Shown: positions 10,271 to 19,093 of the stretch, in pieces | Layout: the number at the start of each line of letters is the position of its first letter | How positions within the stretch are numbered: position 1 is the first letter of the stretch | DNA from: Candidatus Latescibacterota bacterium | GTDB taxonomy: Bacteria; Krumholzibacteriota; Krumholzibacteriia; WVZY01 | NCBI GenBank assembly: GCA_963791045.1 | Contig: CAWBQK010000012.1 | Location: 1 to 62,059, forward strand | DNA: 62,059 nt | Reading direction: 5' to 3' | Program-made: the position numbers and the translations under genes | The notes under the pieces: model-generated | The model's input: the letters and a program-made list of their open reading frames with translations, nothing else | Databases searched by the model: none | What the model was told of the DNA's origin: nothing

Positions 10271-11164
10271 TTACCCCTCCGCCCTTCCGTCTGCAGCCAA
10301 CGCCGGGACTCGTGCTGCCTTCTCCAAGACTCGGTCTTCGACGTCGTCCACAAACAACTGAAGATGCGGATAAGGGATCTGGATCCCCGCCTCGTCGAGG
10401 GCCAGCTTTGACGCCTCAATGACTCGATAGTAGACCGGTTGTTCGTCTTTCGCCTCTTCGATCCACACGCGAACTAGAAGGTCCACACTCGAATCCCCCA
10501 ATCCATCGACAACGACCGACGGCGTCGGTTCGCCGGCGACACCGTCGAGTTCCCTGACCGCGGCCAGAATTACATCTCGAGCCTCGGGAATGTTCTCTTT
10601 GTAAGCGATGCCCACGGGGATATCGAGCCGGGTTTCCCCATGCTTCGAATGATTGACCAGCACGTCGTCGATGATTCGTTTGTTCGGAAGAACCACGAAT
10701 GTGTTCCGGTTCGTGCGGATTCTCGTGGATCGGAGCGTCACGTTGGTAACGGACCCGTACTGATCGTGGACCGTGACAAAGTCCCCGACAGCAAAAGGCT
10801 TATCCCAGAAAATAACGAAACCGGAGATGACGTTCGAAAGCAGGTCCTGGGCGGCGAATCCAATGGCGATACCGACCACCCCGATACCGGCGAGCGCCGC
10901 GCCGACGTTAATTCCAACCTGGCCCGCCGCCATGATCAGCGCAAACAAGATCAGAGAAAAATGATAGATCTTGTCGACGAGAAGCGATACGAGGACCGGT
11001 TCCAGACCGCTCCTGCGCAGCACGGCCTCGAGCGGCCTGTGAGACAGGCGGTACATAAACCAGAAGCCGATCAGAATGACGATCGCAACGATCAGCCGTG
11101 GCGTGAACGTCACAGCCGCCGTCGCTATGGCTTCCACGTTCAAGAACTGACTGAGTTGATCCAT
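10271..11164 (-). CDS. mscS: Small-conductance mechanosensitive channel
   Basis: 'GIAIGFAAQDLLSNVISG...KPFAVGD', 'LRSTRIRT', 'GIQIPYP'; AAGGAG RBS before MDQLSQ. Confidence 0.9.
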   Translation of the reverse strand: MDQLSQFLNVEAIATAAVTFTPRLIVAIVILIGFWFMYRLSHRPLEAVLRRSGLEPVLVSLLVDKIYHFSLILFALIMAAGQVGINVGAALAGIGVVGIAIGFAAQDLLSNVISGFVIFWDKPFAVGDFVTVHDQYGSVTNVTLRSTRIRTNRNTFVVLPNKRIIDDVLVNHSKHGETRLDIPVGIAYKENIPEARDVILAAVRELDGVAGEPTPSVVVDGLGDSSVDLLVRVWIEEAKDEQPVYYRVIEASKLALDEAGIQIPYPHLQLFVDDVEDRVLEKAARVPALAADGRAEG

Positions 11165-11310
11165 TGGTGACTCCTTGTCGTTGTGGTTTGTGATGATTGT
11201 GCGGCATACCCGTTTGGAAATCAACAAATGCCGGGGAAATCCCCTCGAACATTGTTTTCTTTACGACTCCGCAGCACGGCCTGTAAAATCGACCGATCAA
11301 AGGAGTCCGA

Positions 11311-12729
11311 ATGCGTATTGGGATCGGTGGCTTGAGCTGTGAGTGCTGTACATTTTCTCCCCTGCTCTCGACGGCGAGTGACTTTCATATAATGAGCGGC
11401 GAGGCGCTCCTCGCCGATTTCAACTTCCTCCCCCCATTTAACGACGTCGAGTTCATCCCGCTCATCCGTGCTCGAGCGCTCCCCGGCGGACCCATTGAAA
11501 AACAATTCTACGAACACTTCAAAATATCTTTTGTTGAACAAATCGAGGCCGCCGGTGCGTTGGACGGCGTCCTTCTCGACATGCACGGGGCGGCGTCCGT
11601 GGTTGGCATTGATGATGCGGAGGCTGATTTCTATTCGTGTATTCGGAGCATCACCGGCACGGAGTGTACGATCGCCGCGAGCTACGATCTCCACGGCAAC
11701 CTCTCGCGAGATGCCTTAACACACATCGACATTCTGACCGCGTACCGAACGGCCCCGCATGTCGACCGGCCCGAGACCATCCGGCGGGCGCTGAACCTTC
11801 TCGTCCGTTGTATTCGCCGCGGGCAAAAACCGGCGAAGGCCTTCATCCCCATCCCTGTGCTTCTCCCCGGCGAAAAAACGAGCACAGAATTCGATCCGGC
11901 AAAAACCCTCTACCGACAATTCCCAATGGTCATCGACAAATACTCCATCCTCGACGCGTCGATATTGATTGGATATGCGTGGGCGGACGAACCGCGTTCA
12001 TCGGCTTCCGTGGTCGCGATCGGATATGACGCGGACATGACTCAATACGCCGCCGCGACAATCGCCAAGGATGTCTGGTTCTCACGACAGGGATTCGGAT
12101 ACGGGGTGTATGCGGGCTCGACTGACGATTGTATCGACGCAGCGATGCGCAGCGAGGCACGTCCCGTCATCATTAGCGACTCGGGAGACAACCCGACGGC
12201 GGGAGGCGCGGGCGATGTGCCGTTTGTTCTCGGGCGGTTGATCGATTTGAATGCAACCGAGGCGTTGTACGCGAGTATTGCCGACGCCGAGGCTGCCATG
12301 CGGTGCAGACAGACGGGCGTGAATAACGAGATAACGGTCACGTTCGGCGGCAAGCTCGATTCGGTTCACGGCACCCCCCTCGAGGTGACGGGGACCGTCA
12401 TATCGATTGACGGCGAACAGTCAGACACGTGCGCCGTGATCCGCACCCGGGGCACCGACGTTATTGTGACGAGCAAACGAACGCCCTTTCACTCCCGCGA
12501 AGATTTTCTAAGCGTCGGAGTCGACCCATCCGGCTACGACATTATCGTTGTGAAGATCGGCTATCTCGTGCCGGGCCTGGAGCGAATCGCCGCGCGCTCG
12601 GTTCTCGCCTTGAGCCCAGGCGCGGTGAGCCAGGATTTTACAAACCTCACGTTCAAAAGAATCAAGCGACCGATGTTTCCATTCGAACCAGATATGGAGT
12701 GGCAGCCGCCGCGAAATAGTATAGTCTGA
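11311..12729 (+). CDS. M81 family metallopeptidase (MlrC-like)
   Basis: 'LDMHGA', 'YDLHGN', 'YRTAPHVD', 'DSGDNPTAGG', 'IVVKIGY'. Confidence 0.88.
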   Translation: MRIGIGGLSCECCTFSPLLSTASDFHIMSGEALLADFNFLPPFNDVEFIPLIRARALPGGPIEKQFYEHFKISFVEQIEAAGALDGVLLDMHGAASVVGIDDAEADFYSCIRSITGTECTIAASYDLHGNLSRDALTHIDILTAYRTAPHVDRPETIRRALNLLVRCIRRGQKPAKAFIPIPVLLPGEKTSTEFDPAKTLYRQFPMVIDKYSILDASILIGYAWADEPRSSASVVAIGYDADMTQYAAATIAKDVWFSRQGFGYGVYAGSTDDCIDAAMRSEARPVIISDSGDNPTAGGAGDVPFVLGRLIDLNATEALYASIADAEAAMRCRQTGVNNEITVTFGGKLDSVHGTPLEVTGTVISIDGEQSDTCAVIRTRGTDVIVTSKRTPFHSREDFLSVGVDPSGYDIIVVKIGYLVPGLERIAARSVLALSPGAVSQDFTNLTFKRIKRPMFPFEPDMEWQPPRNSIV

Positions 12730-12784
12730 ACCGACGCGCAAACAATGGACACCGAAACGCGACGCGGCAAGAGGACCGCGAACC

Positions 12785-14506
12785 ATGTCACAACTCGACT
12801 GGATCATTGTCATCGGCTACCTGGTTATCGCCCTCGGCCTGGGCGTCTACCACTCGCGCAAGGCGACCAAAGGAATCACCAATTATTTCCTCTCCGGACG
12901 AAACGCCTCGTGGTGGCTTCTCGGGACGAGCATGGTGGCGACGACCTTCGCCGCGGACACGCCGCTCGCCGTCAGCGGTTTTGTGATCAAAAAAGGAATC
13001 TCGTGGAACTGGTTCTGGTGGTGCCTGGCGATGTCGGGGCTTCTGGTCGTGTTTTTCTTCGCCCGTCTCTGGCGCCGCAGCAAGGTCCTCACCGATGTCG
13101 AACTCGTCGAACAGCGCTACAGCGGCAAACCGGCGAAATTTCTCCGTGGTTATCTCGCGATCCACTCGGGAGTCCTCACCAACTGTATCGTTATCGGCTG
13201 GGTCAACCTCGCGATGGTCAAGGTTCTCTCCAACACCGTCGGGATCGACCAGGACCTCGCGCTCTACTTTTGCTTCGGGTTCAGTCTTTTATACACGATG
13301 ATTGCGGGTCTCTCTGGCGTGATGGCGACCGATTTCATCCAGTTCATCATCGCAATGTTTGGAAGCATCTACCTCGCCGTGGCGGCGGTAAAAGGCGTCG
13401 GCGGACTCGGTGAAATCCACTCGTCACTCGCTGCGGTTCACGGTTCTGCGCGCGCGTCGGAAATTACGGCAATGTTTCCGCGTTCGAGTTCCGATCTCTT
13501 CGCGCCCATCCTCATCTTTATTTTCTTCCAGTGGTGGTCCGCGTCAAACATTGGCGGCGGCAGTTATGTCGTCCAGAGAATGTTGAGCGCCAAGAACGAA
13601 CGTCACTCGTTTCTCGGAACGCTCTGGTACAACATCGCAAACCACTGCTTGCGGCCGTGGCCGTGGATTATGGTGGGGTTGTGCGCCGCGATCATTTACC
13701 CGACGCTCGAAGATCCCGAACTCGGTTACGTGCTCCTTATGAAGAAATTCCTCCCGTCGGGGATGCTGGGGCTGGTGATCGTGTCGTTCTTCGCGGCATA
13801 TATGTCGACAATCGACACACACCTCAACTGGGGTTCGTCGTATCTTGTCAACGACGTCTACAAACGGTTTATCAAGCGGGGCGCCTCGGAACGCCACTAC
13901 GTTATCGCGTCGATGGTCGCCACCGTTTTCATTGCTTCCGCGGGAATGCTCGTGACGACGATGATGAACTCGATCCGCGAGGGCTGGTATATCTTCACCT
14001 CGATTGCGGGGGGAGTATCGATCATCTATATACTTCGGTGGTACTGGTGGCGGATCAACGCGTGGTCCGAGATCTCGGCGATGGCGTCTGCGCTCATCTG
14101 CACAATCGTCTTCAGAATGGTGATGGGCATCCCCTACCCCAACGTCCTCTTTTATATCGTCCCGATAACTTTTGGGTTCTCAATGATCGTGACATTCCTT
14201 ACCAGCCCCGTGGAGGAATCGACACTCAGGGCGTTCTACGAAAAGATCAGACCCGGCGGCCGGCTGTGGAAACCGGTGTCGAAAAATATCCCCGGCGCGG
14301 AAAACGACGAGGGTCCTGGCAAGGCCTTCCCCGCTTACATCTTCTCCGTCATTTCGGTCTACACCGCTCTCTTTGGTATCGGAAAGGTGCTCCTCGGACC
14401 CGCATGGGTGGGCGTTGTGTTATTATGTGTGAGCGCCGCCGCCGGCTGCGGCGTGTGGCGATACGTGGCGAAGATCGACTGGTCGTCAGATCAGAACGAC
14501 ACGTAG
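12785..14506 (+). CDS. Sodium:solute symporter family protein
   Basis: 'YFLSGRNASWWLLGTSMVATTFAADTP', 'QRMLSAKNE', 'AAYMSTIDTHLNWGSSY'; many TM helices. Confidence 0.92.
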   Translation: MSQLDWIIVIGYLVIALGLGVYHSRKATKGITNYFLSGRNASWWLLGTSMVATTFAADTPLAVSGFVIKKGISWNWFWWCLAMSGLLVVFFFARLWRRSKVLTDVELVEQRYSGKPAKFLRGYLAIHSGVLTNCIVIGWVNLAMVKVLSNTVGIDQDLALYFCFGFSLLYTMIAGLSGVMATDFIQFIIAMFGSIYLAVAAVKGVGGLGEIHSSLAAVHGSARASEITAMFPRSSSDLFAPILIFIFFQWWSASNIGGGSYVVQRMLSAKNERHSFLGTLWYNIANHCLRPWPWIMVGLCAAIIYPTLEDPELGYVLLMKKFLPSGMLGLVIVSFFAAYMSTIDTHLNWGSSYLVNDVYKRFIKRGASERHYVIASMVATVFIASAGMLVTTMMNSIREGWYIFTSIAGGVSIIYILRWYWWRINAWSEISAMASALICTIVFRMVMGIPYPNVLFYIVPITFGFSMIVTFLTSPVEESTLRAFYEKIRPGGRLWKPVSKNIPGAENDEGPGKAFPAYIFSVISVYTALFGIGKVLLGPAWVGVVLLCVSAAAGCGVWRYVAKIDWSSDQNDT

Positions 14507-14553
14507 CACGTTAGTGAAACATCATTTTGTCAGTCACGCACGGGACGGCTATC

Positions 14554-17163
14554 ATGCCGGCAAATCGACTGTTATTACCCCTGCTTTTTATAGTCGCTAT
14601 TGGGCTAATCGCTCCGCCTGCCGCAAACGCGAGGCGGTCAACACCTGTCACGGCGAGTGATTCGCTCTACAGCGCCCATCACCCGCGTCTCTTGTTCGAT
14701 CGTACCGACATCCCGGCCCTGCGCGACAAGATGAGCGCAGGAGGTCCGGACAATGACGCTTTTGCATATATTAAATCCCTCGTCGATACCGTTTATACCA
14801 TTCAAACAGTTTCCGAAGTGCTCGAGTTCTACTCGTTCGGTGTGGGTGATATGCCAAACCTGGGCGTCGCCGCCCACCTCTCCACACCCGCCGACACCGC
14901 GGCGCGTAATACAGGCCGGCGACTCACCGTCTATCTCGCGGAAAATTATGCTCCCGACGACAACACGTATTACTCGCCGCTGAGACTTCGCGCATTGAGC
15001 CTCGGCTACGACATGTTTTTCGACGACGCCACGGAGCCGGACCGGGAGCTGGTCAGAAGCGAAATCGAAAGCTACATCGACACAATGATGACCGTGTTCA
15101 ATTACGAACGGTGGCTCTACAGACCCTACGTGAGCAACCTGAGCGCAATGATCGGGTCTTCCCTGGGTCTCGCCGCAATTTCTCTCGCCGATGAAATCGA
15201 CCCGGGCCTGGTATCCGCTGCCCTCGCACGCGCCGACCAATTTGTCGACGCGTGGCTCGAGCACCAACTCGACCCCGACGGCGCCTACAGCGAGGGGGCG
15301 ATGTACGCCGGATGGAGTCTTCGAAATCTCGCTTACTACTTCGCCGCGAGAAAGCGTTTCGACGGCTACGACTATGCCGACATGCCGGGCATCCGCAATA
15401 TGGAGAGATGGATCGCCTTCGCGCTCCTTCCCGAAGGCGGCGCGAAGATCAACAATATTAATGACGCCGCCTATCTCAATTACCCACTTTCGAGACACCA
15501 GACTTACCTCGATTGGGCTCAGACGGCCTGGGGCAGCGACCTTTCATCATGGTTATGGGAACACATCGCCGGCCGGCAATACGGACATGACTCCGGCCGG
15601 CTCGCCGACAAGGCTGCCACCGTCTTGTGGAGCCAACCTCTGGCGGAGAGGAACCCGGGCGTCGCGCTACCGCGGCATATACTCTGGCAACACAGGGGAC
15701 TTTATTATTTCCGGACAGGGTGGCAAGACGGTATGAGTTCGGACGACGTTGTTTTCAGTTTTTACTCGGGGAAATTCCAGGGCGGTCATGCCCACGAAGA
15801 TCAGAACAACTTCACGCTATACGGCTATGGCGAGAGCTTCGCCGTCGACCACGGATACGGTTGGACGTCAAAAGAGAGCGAAGCGCACAACATGGTGTTC
15901 ATCGACGGCAAAGGCCAGCACTACGCGGGCGGTTCGGTCGGCACCGACGGTAACATCACAGAGTTTCTCATGGGCGGCTACGCCGACTATCTTGTCGGCG
16001 ATGCGACAGAGGCGTACGGCACGTATAGCGAGTTCAATCGTCCCGGCTTCCCTTTTCCCGACGATGACTGGTCATACGGATACGATGGAGGAAATCCCGT
16101 CGATCGGGCAATCAGGCGCGCGATCGTCGTACACGACACCCAGGCGCCACCCTACTTCTTGATCTTTGATGATATCGAAAAGGACGACTCACTTCGAACC
16201 TACGAATGGCGGATGCACACTCTCTCCGACAACTCCGTCGACACCACATCAAATCCAATCAACATTTCCGGCGTAAACGGCCGTCTGGACCTTTTTGTTT
16301 TGAACCCCGGCTTCGCGCTTCTTAACAAGCGACTCCTCCCGTTCGACAACAAAGAAATCGACCCGAACTCGACAATCATTTCATTGTCGCGCACGTCCAC
16401 GCGCGGGAATTTCGGAATCATGCTGCTCCCTCGCGGTGAACTGTCTCCGCAACCTCAGTTTTCGCGAGAGGAAGTCGCCTGGGGAACGGCGATCAATCTG
16501 GAATGGGGCGGCGGAATCGACGATGTCATCTTGATAAACGACGGCGGCGGCAACGTTCAATATTCGTGGCGAGGCATCGACGTTGAAACCGACGCGGCGA
16601 TCGCCCACATTCGGATGAACGGCATCAGCCCTGCCGGTTACCTGCTTTCAAACGTAAGCCGTCTTGTTATGGCCGATCGCGTCATCATCGACATTCCCGA
16701 TTCACGCGCGAATGCGTCTCTTTCGGACACCGCGGTACACATCGACCGCGATGACGTCGACTTTGTTTTCTGGGCGCCTGAAAGAGACGAGGTGTTCTTC
16801 CGGGAAAGTTCACTCGCCGTCGTCCACGACGGAGACTATCTCCGGCGGGACTGGTCGAACGATGGCGCGGGCCCACCCAGGGACCCCGTCCATCTTCGAG
16901 TTCTCACATATCCAAACCCTTTCAATAGCACGGCAAAACTCTTCATCGAGATTGGAGCCAGAACAAATGTGAGGGTGGACATCTACGACGCGGCGGGCCG
17001 AATCGTCAAAGAAATTTGGAACGATACGCTTCCCCGCGGTGGCAACATTCTCGAATGGGACGGAACAAACGCCCACGGCCGCTACGTGACCACGGGCGTT
17101 TATTTTTTGAAAGCAAGTACCGGCGAGAGCGAACAATCAACAAAACTCATACTGCTCAAATAG
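14554..17163 (+). CDS. Secreted heparinase II/III-like protein with FlgD-Ig/T9SS-like C-terminal domain
   Basis: Signal peptide; 'HPRLLF', 'DGAYSEGAMY', 'GHAHEDQNNFTL', 'SEAHNMVFIDG'; C-terminus 'YPNPFNS...WDGTN...GVYF...KLILLK'. Confidence 0.8.
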   Translation: MPANRLLLPLLFIVAIGLIAPPAANARRSTPVTASDSLYSAHHPRLLFDRTDIPALRDKMSAGGPDNDAFAYIKSLVDTVYTIQTVSEVLEFYSFGVGDMPNLGVAAHLSTPADTAARNTGRRLTVYLAENYAPDDNTYYSPLRLRALSLGYDMFFDDATEPDRELVRSEIESYIDTMMTVFNYERWLYRPYVSNLSAMIGSSLGLAAISLADEIDPGLVSAALARADQFVDAWLEHQLDPDGAYSEGAMYAGWSLRNLAYYFAARKRFDGYDYADMPGIRNMERWIAFALLPEGGAKINNINDAAYLNYPLSRHQTYLDWAQTAWGSDLSSWLWEHIAGRQYGHDSGRLADKAATVLWSQPLAERNPGVALPRHILWQHRGLYYFRTGWQDGMSSDDVVFSFYSGKFQGGHAHEDQNNFTLYGYGESFAVDHGYGWTSKESEAHNMVFIDGKGQHYAGGSVGTDGNITEFLMGGYADYLVGDATEAYGTYSEFNRPGFPFPDDDWSYGYDGGNPVDRAIRRAIVVHDTQAPPYFLIFDDIEKDDSLRTYEWRMHTLSDNSVDTTSNPINISGVNGRLDLFVLNPGFALLNKRLLPFDNKEIDPNSTIISLSRTSTRGNFGIMLLPRGELSPQPQFSREEVAWGTAINLEWGGGIDDVILINDGGGNVQYSWRGIDVETDAAIAHIRMNGISPAGYLLSNVSRLVMADRVIIDIPDSRANASLSDTAVHIDRDDVDFVFWAPERDEVFFRESSLAVVHDGDYLRRDWSNDGAGPPRDPVHLRVLTYPNPFNSTAKLFIEIGARTNVRVDIYDAAGRIVKEIWNDTLPRGGNILEWDGTNAHGRYVTTGVYFLKASTGESEQSTKLILLK

Positions 17164-17189
17164 GGCCGAATCGAGCCCCGCAGCGGTGC

Positions 17190-17669
17190 CTACGGATTGA
17201 TTAATGGCTCGAACATTTCCTCGTTTTGCGCCGCGGCGATTCCCATGCCCCTCGCGACTATCTTCCCGAAAAACTTACTCATAAGCCCCGAATTCATCCG
17301 GGCGATAATAACCTCTCCGTCTCCCTTCTCATAAACCGCGACACGGCACGGCATCATCGGCGCCACACTCCAGTCATCGCTGTCCTTGAGAATCCGTCCG
17401 GCAATCTCCGCACTGCAAAGCTCAACCACGGTCAAGCGATCGACGTCAAACCCAGCCTTGGCCACCGATTCCGAGATCGGGTGCACTGCCGGGACTTTCC
17501 AACCGGCGGTCTTCGCATTTTCCTGAATCGCCGACACCGTTTCATCGAACCCCATCGAACTGGCGTCCTGCGTGATCATGATGTCCGCCGCCATGTTGTA
17601 CGCGACCACTCCGAGCAACCCCATACCGGAGAGCATGCCGACGACAAAAACAAATACGAATTTCCCCAT
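17190..17669 (-). CDS. DUF302 domain protein
   Basis: N-terminal TM; 'VVELCS', 'PMMPCRVAVYE'. Confidence 0.82.
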   Translation of the reverse strand: MGKFVFVFVVGMLSGMGLLGVVAYNMAADIMITQDASSMGFDETVSAIQENAKTAGWKVPAVHPISESVAKAGFDVDRLTVVELCSAEIAGRILKDSDDWSVAPMMPCRVAVYEKGDGEVIIARMNSGLMSKFFGKIVARGMGIAAAQNEEMFEPLINP

Positions 17670-17681
17670 TACAACTCCTCA

Positions 17682-19013
17682 TTAATCGGTTTTGCGCGGG
17701 TGCGCGATCTTCGGCCACCATTCTTCGAAGTCGAAGCGGTCGTTGCGGTGGCATGTCCGGCACGTCTCTTCCGTCGGGACAACTCCACCCGCCGCGAGAA
17801 ACGCCTTTCTGTCCGACATGACTTCGGGATCGATATAAACACTCCCCGGACCGTGACAGGTCTCGCACCCAATTCCCTCCTCGACACGGAATCCGCCGGC
17901 GAAAAGAGCTTCGGCGTTCTGCGCGCCTGTCGTATGGCACATAAGACATCGGTCATCCTCGAACGGCACTTCGAGATCGTAATTGTGCGGACGAAGACGC
18001 GCGAGAAAAAGCGCCCAGTCGGTCGCAAGCCGCCAGTAGGCGGCCGCGTGACGGCTGCTCAGCCACGCAACGTACTGATTGCCCGTGTCACGGTCGAGAT
18101 GGCAGTCCTTGCACACTTCGGATCCCACATAAAGCGCATGCGGCTTCTTCTCGCCACGAACCGTTTGTCTGATGAAATCAACCTCGACCGCGGAGATAAT
18201 TCCATCATCGTCTCTCTCGAATACGACACGCCACGGTTCCTGCCGGCAGAAGAACTCGTCTTTACCCGTCGAATACAATTCGTCGGGGGCGAATTCACGA
18301 ATGTGGAGCACGTCGCCCTCGCGCCATATCTTAAGACCAAATCCGGGTCCGAGTTCGTATATCCCGATGTATTCCTCGAGGGCATCGGGTTCAATCGGTA
18401 CTTCCGCAGGACGCAACCGCGCTACGTCGATCGGACGGTTTCCCTCGCTGTCCAGCCGCTCCGTATCGGCACCCGCCTGAACGAGCAGCGACACGATTCC
18501 CGGCTGACCGCTTTTGTAGGCCACGTGAAGCGGCGTCCACCCCTCGCTGGTCACCACATTCACATCGGCGCCGCGCTCGATAAGAAGCGAAGCCACCTCG
18601 ACACACCCCCTCCTCGAAGCGACATGCAGCGGCGCCCTCCCCCACTGGTTCTGAATACCGAGATCGGCGCCGGCATCGAGAAGTTCGCGAATGCGTCCCG
18701 GCTCGTCGTGATGGCAGGCCCAGTGAAGCGGCGTACCGCCATCAGCGCCAACCGCATTTACCGACGCGCCGTTGCGGACGAGAAGCGACATGATCGTCCA
18801 ATGCCCACGAACGCTGGACCAGTGCAAAGCCGTGTACCCGCGTTCGTCGGTGTCGCCGACAAGCGTCGAGTCTCCCTGGAGCATCTTATTGACTGCCTGG
18901 AAATCGCCCTTTTTTGCAGCGTCGACAAATTCACCGGCCAGGGAGGCCGGTGCGGCGGCCGCAATTGCCACAGCCAATACCCATAAGAAAATCAGAAAGC
19001 GGTTCACGTGCAC
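17682..19013 (-). CDS. Exported ankyrin-repeat / tetraheme cytochrome c (c554-like) fusion
   Basis: Signal peptide; ankyrin repeats (GYTALHW, GGTPLHWA, GRAPLHVA, GWTPLHVA); four CxxCH motifs (CKDCH, CLMCH, CETCH, CRTCH). Confidence 0.85.
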   Translation of the reverse strand: MHVNRFLIFLWVLAVAIAAAAPASLAGEFVDAAKKGDFQAVNKMLQGDSTLVGDTDERGYTALHWSSVRGHWTIMSLLVRNGASVNAVGADGGTPLHWACHHDEPGRIRELLDAGADLGIQNQWGRAPLHVASRRGCVEVASLLIERGADVNVVTSEGWTPLHVAYKSGQPGIVSLLVQAGADTERLDSEGNRPIDVARLRPAEVPIEPDALEEYIGIYELGPGFGLKIWREGDVLHIREFAPDELYSTGKDEFFCRQEPWRVVFERDDDGIISAVEVDFIRQTVRGEKKPHALYVGSEVCKDCHLDRDTGNQYVAWLSSRHAAAYWRLATDWALFLARLRPHNYDLEVPFEDDRCLMCHTTGAQNAEALFAGGFRVEEGIGCETCHGPGSVYIDPEVMSDRKAFLAAGGVVPTEETCRTCHRNDRFDFEEWWPKIAHPRKTD

Positions 19014-19093
19014 CCCTTCGTCTTGTGTTTCAACAGAGAATACACAATGCCCCCGTGGCGTTTATTGTAAACGAGTGCGGGGGTACTTTGAAC

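Noticed and set aside
7918-11164. tRNA-integrated genomic island or prophage after tRNA-fMet
   Set aside because: No integrase and no repeat of the tRNA 3' end seen; genes are ordinary accessory types.
11311-12729. Microcystin degradation (mlr) cluster
   Set aside because: No mlrA, mlrB or mlrD-like neighbours; M81 family members are widespread outside that pathway.
17226-18986. 586-aa plus-strand ORF, and other long antisense ORFs such as 21941-23071, 27508-28380, 32476-33534, 34958-35959 and 58042-59301
   Set aside because: They lie opposite well-supported genes, lack recognisable motifs, and are expected shadow frames in GC-rich coding DNA.
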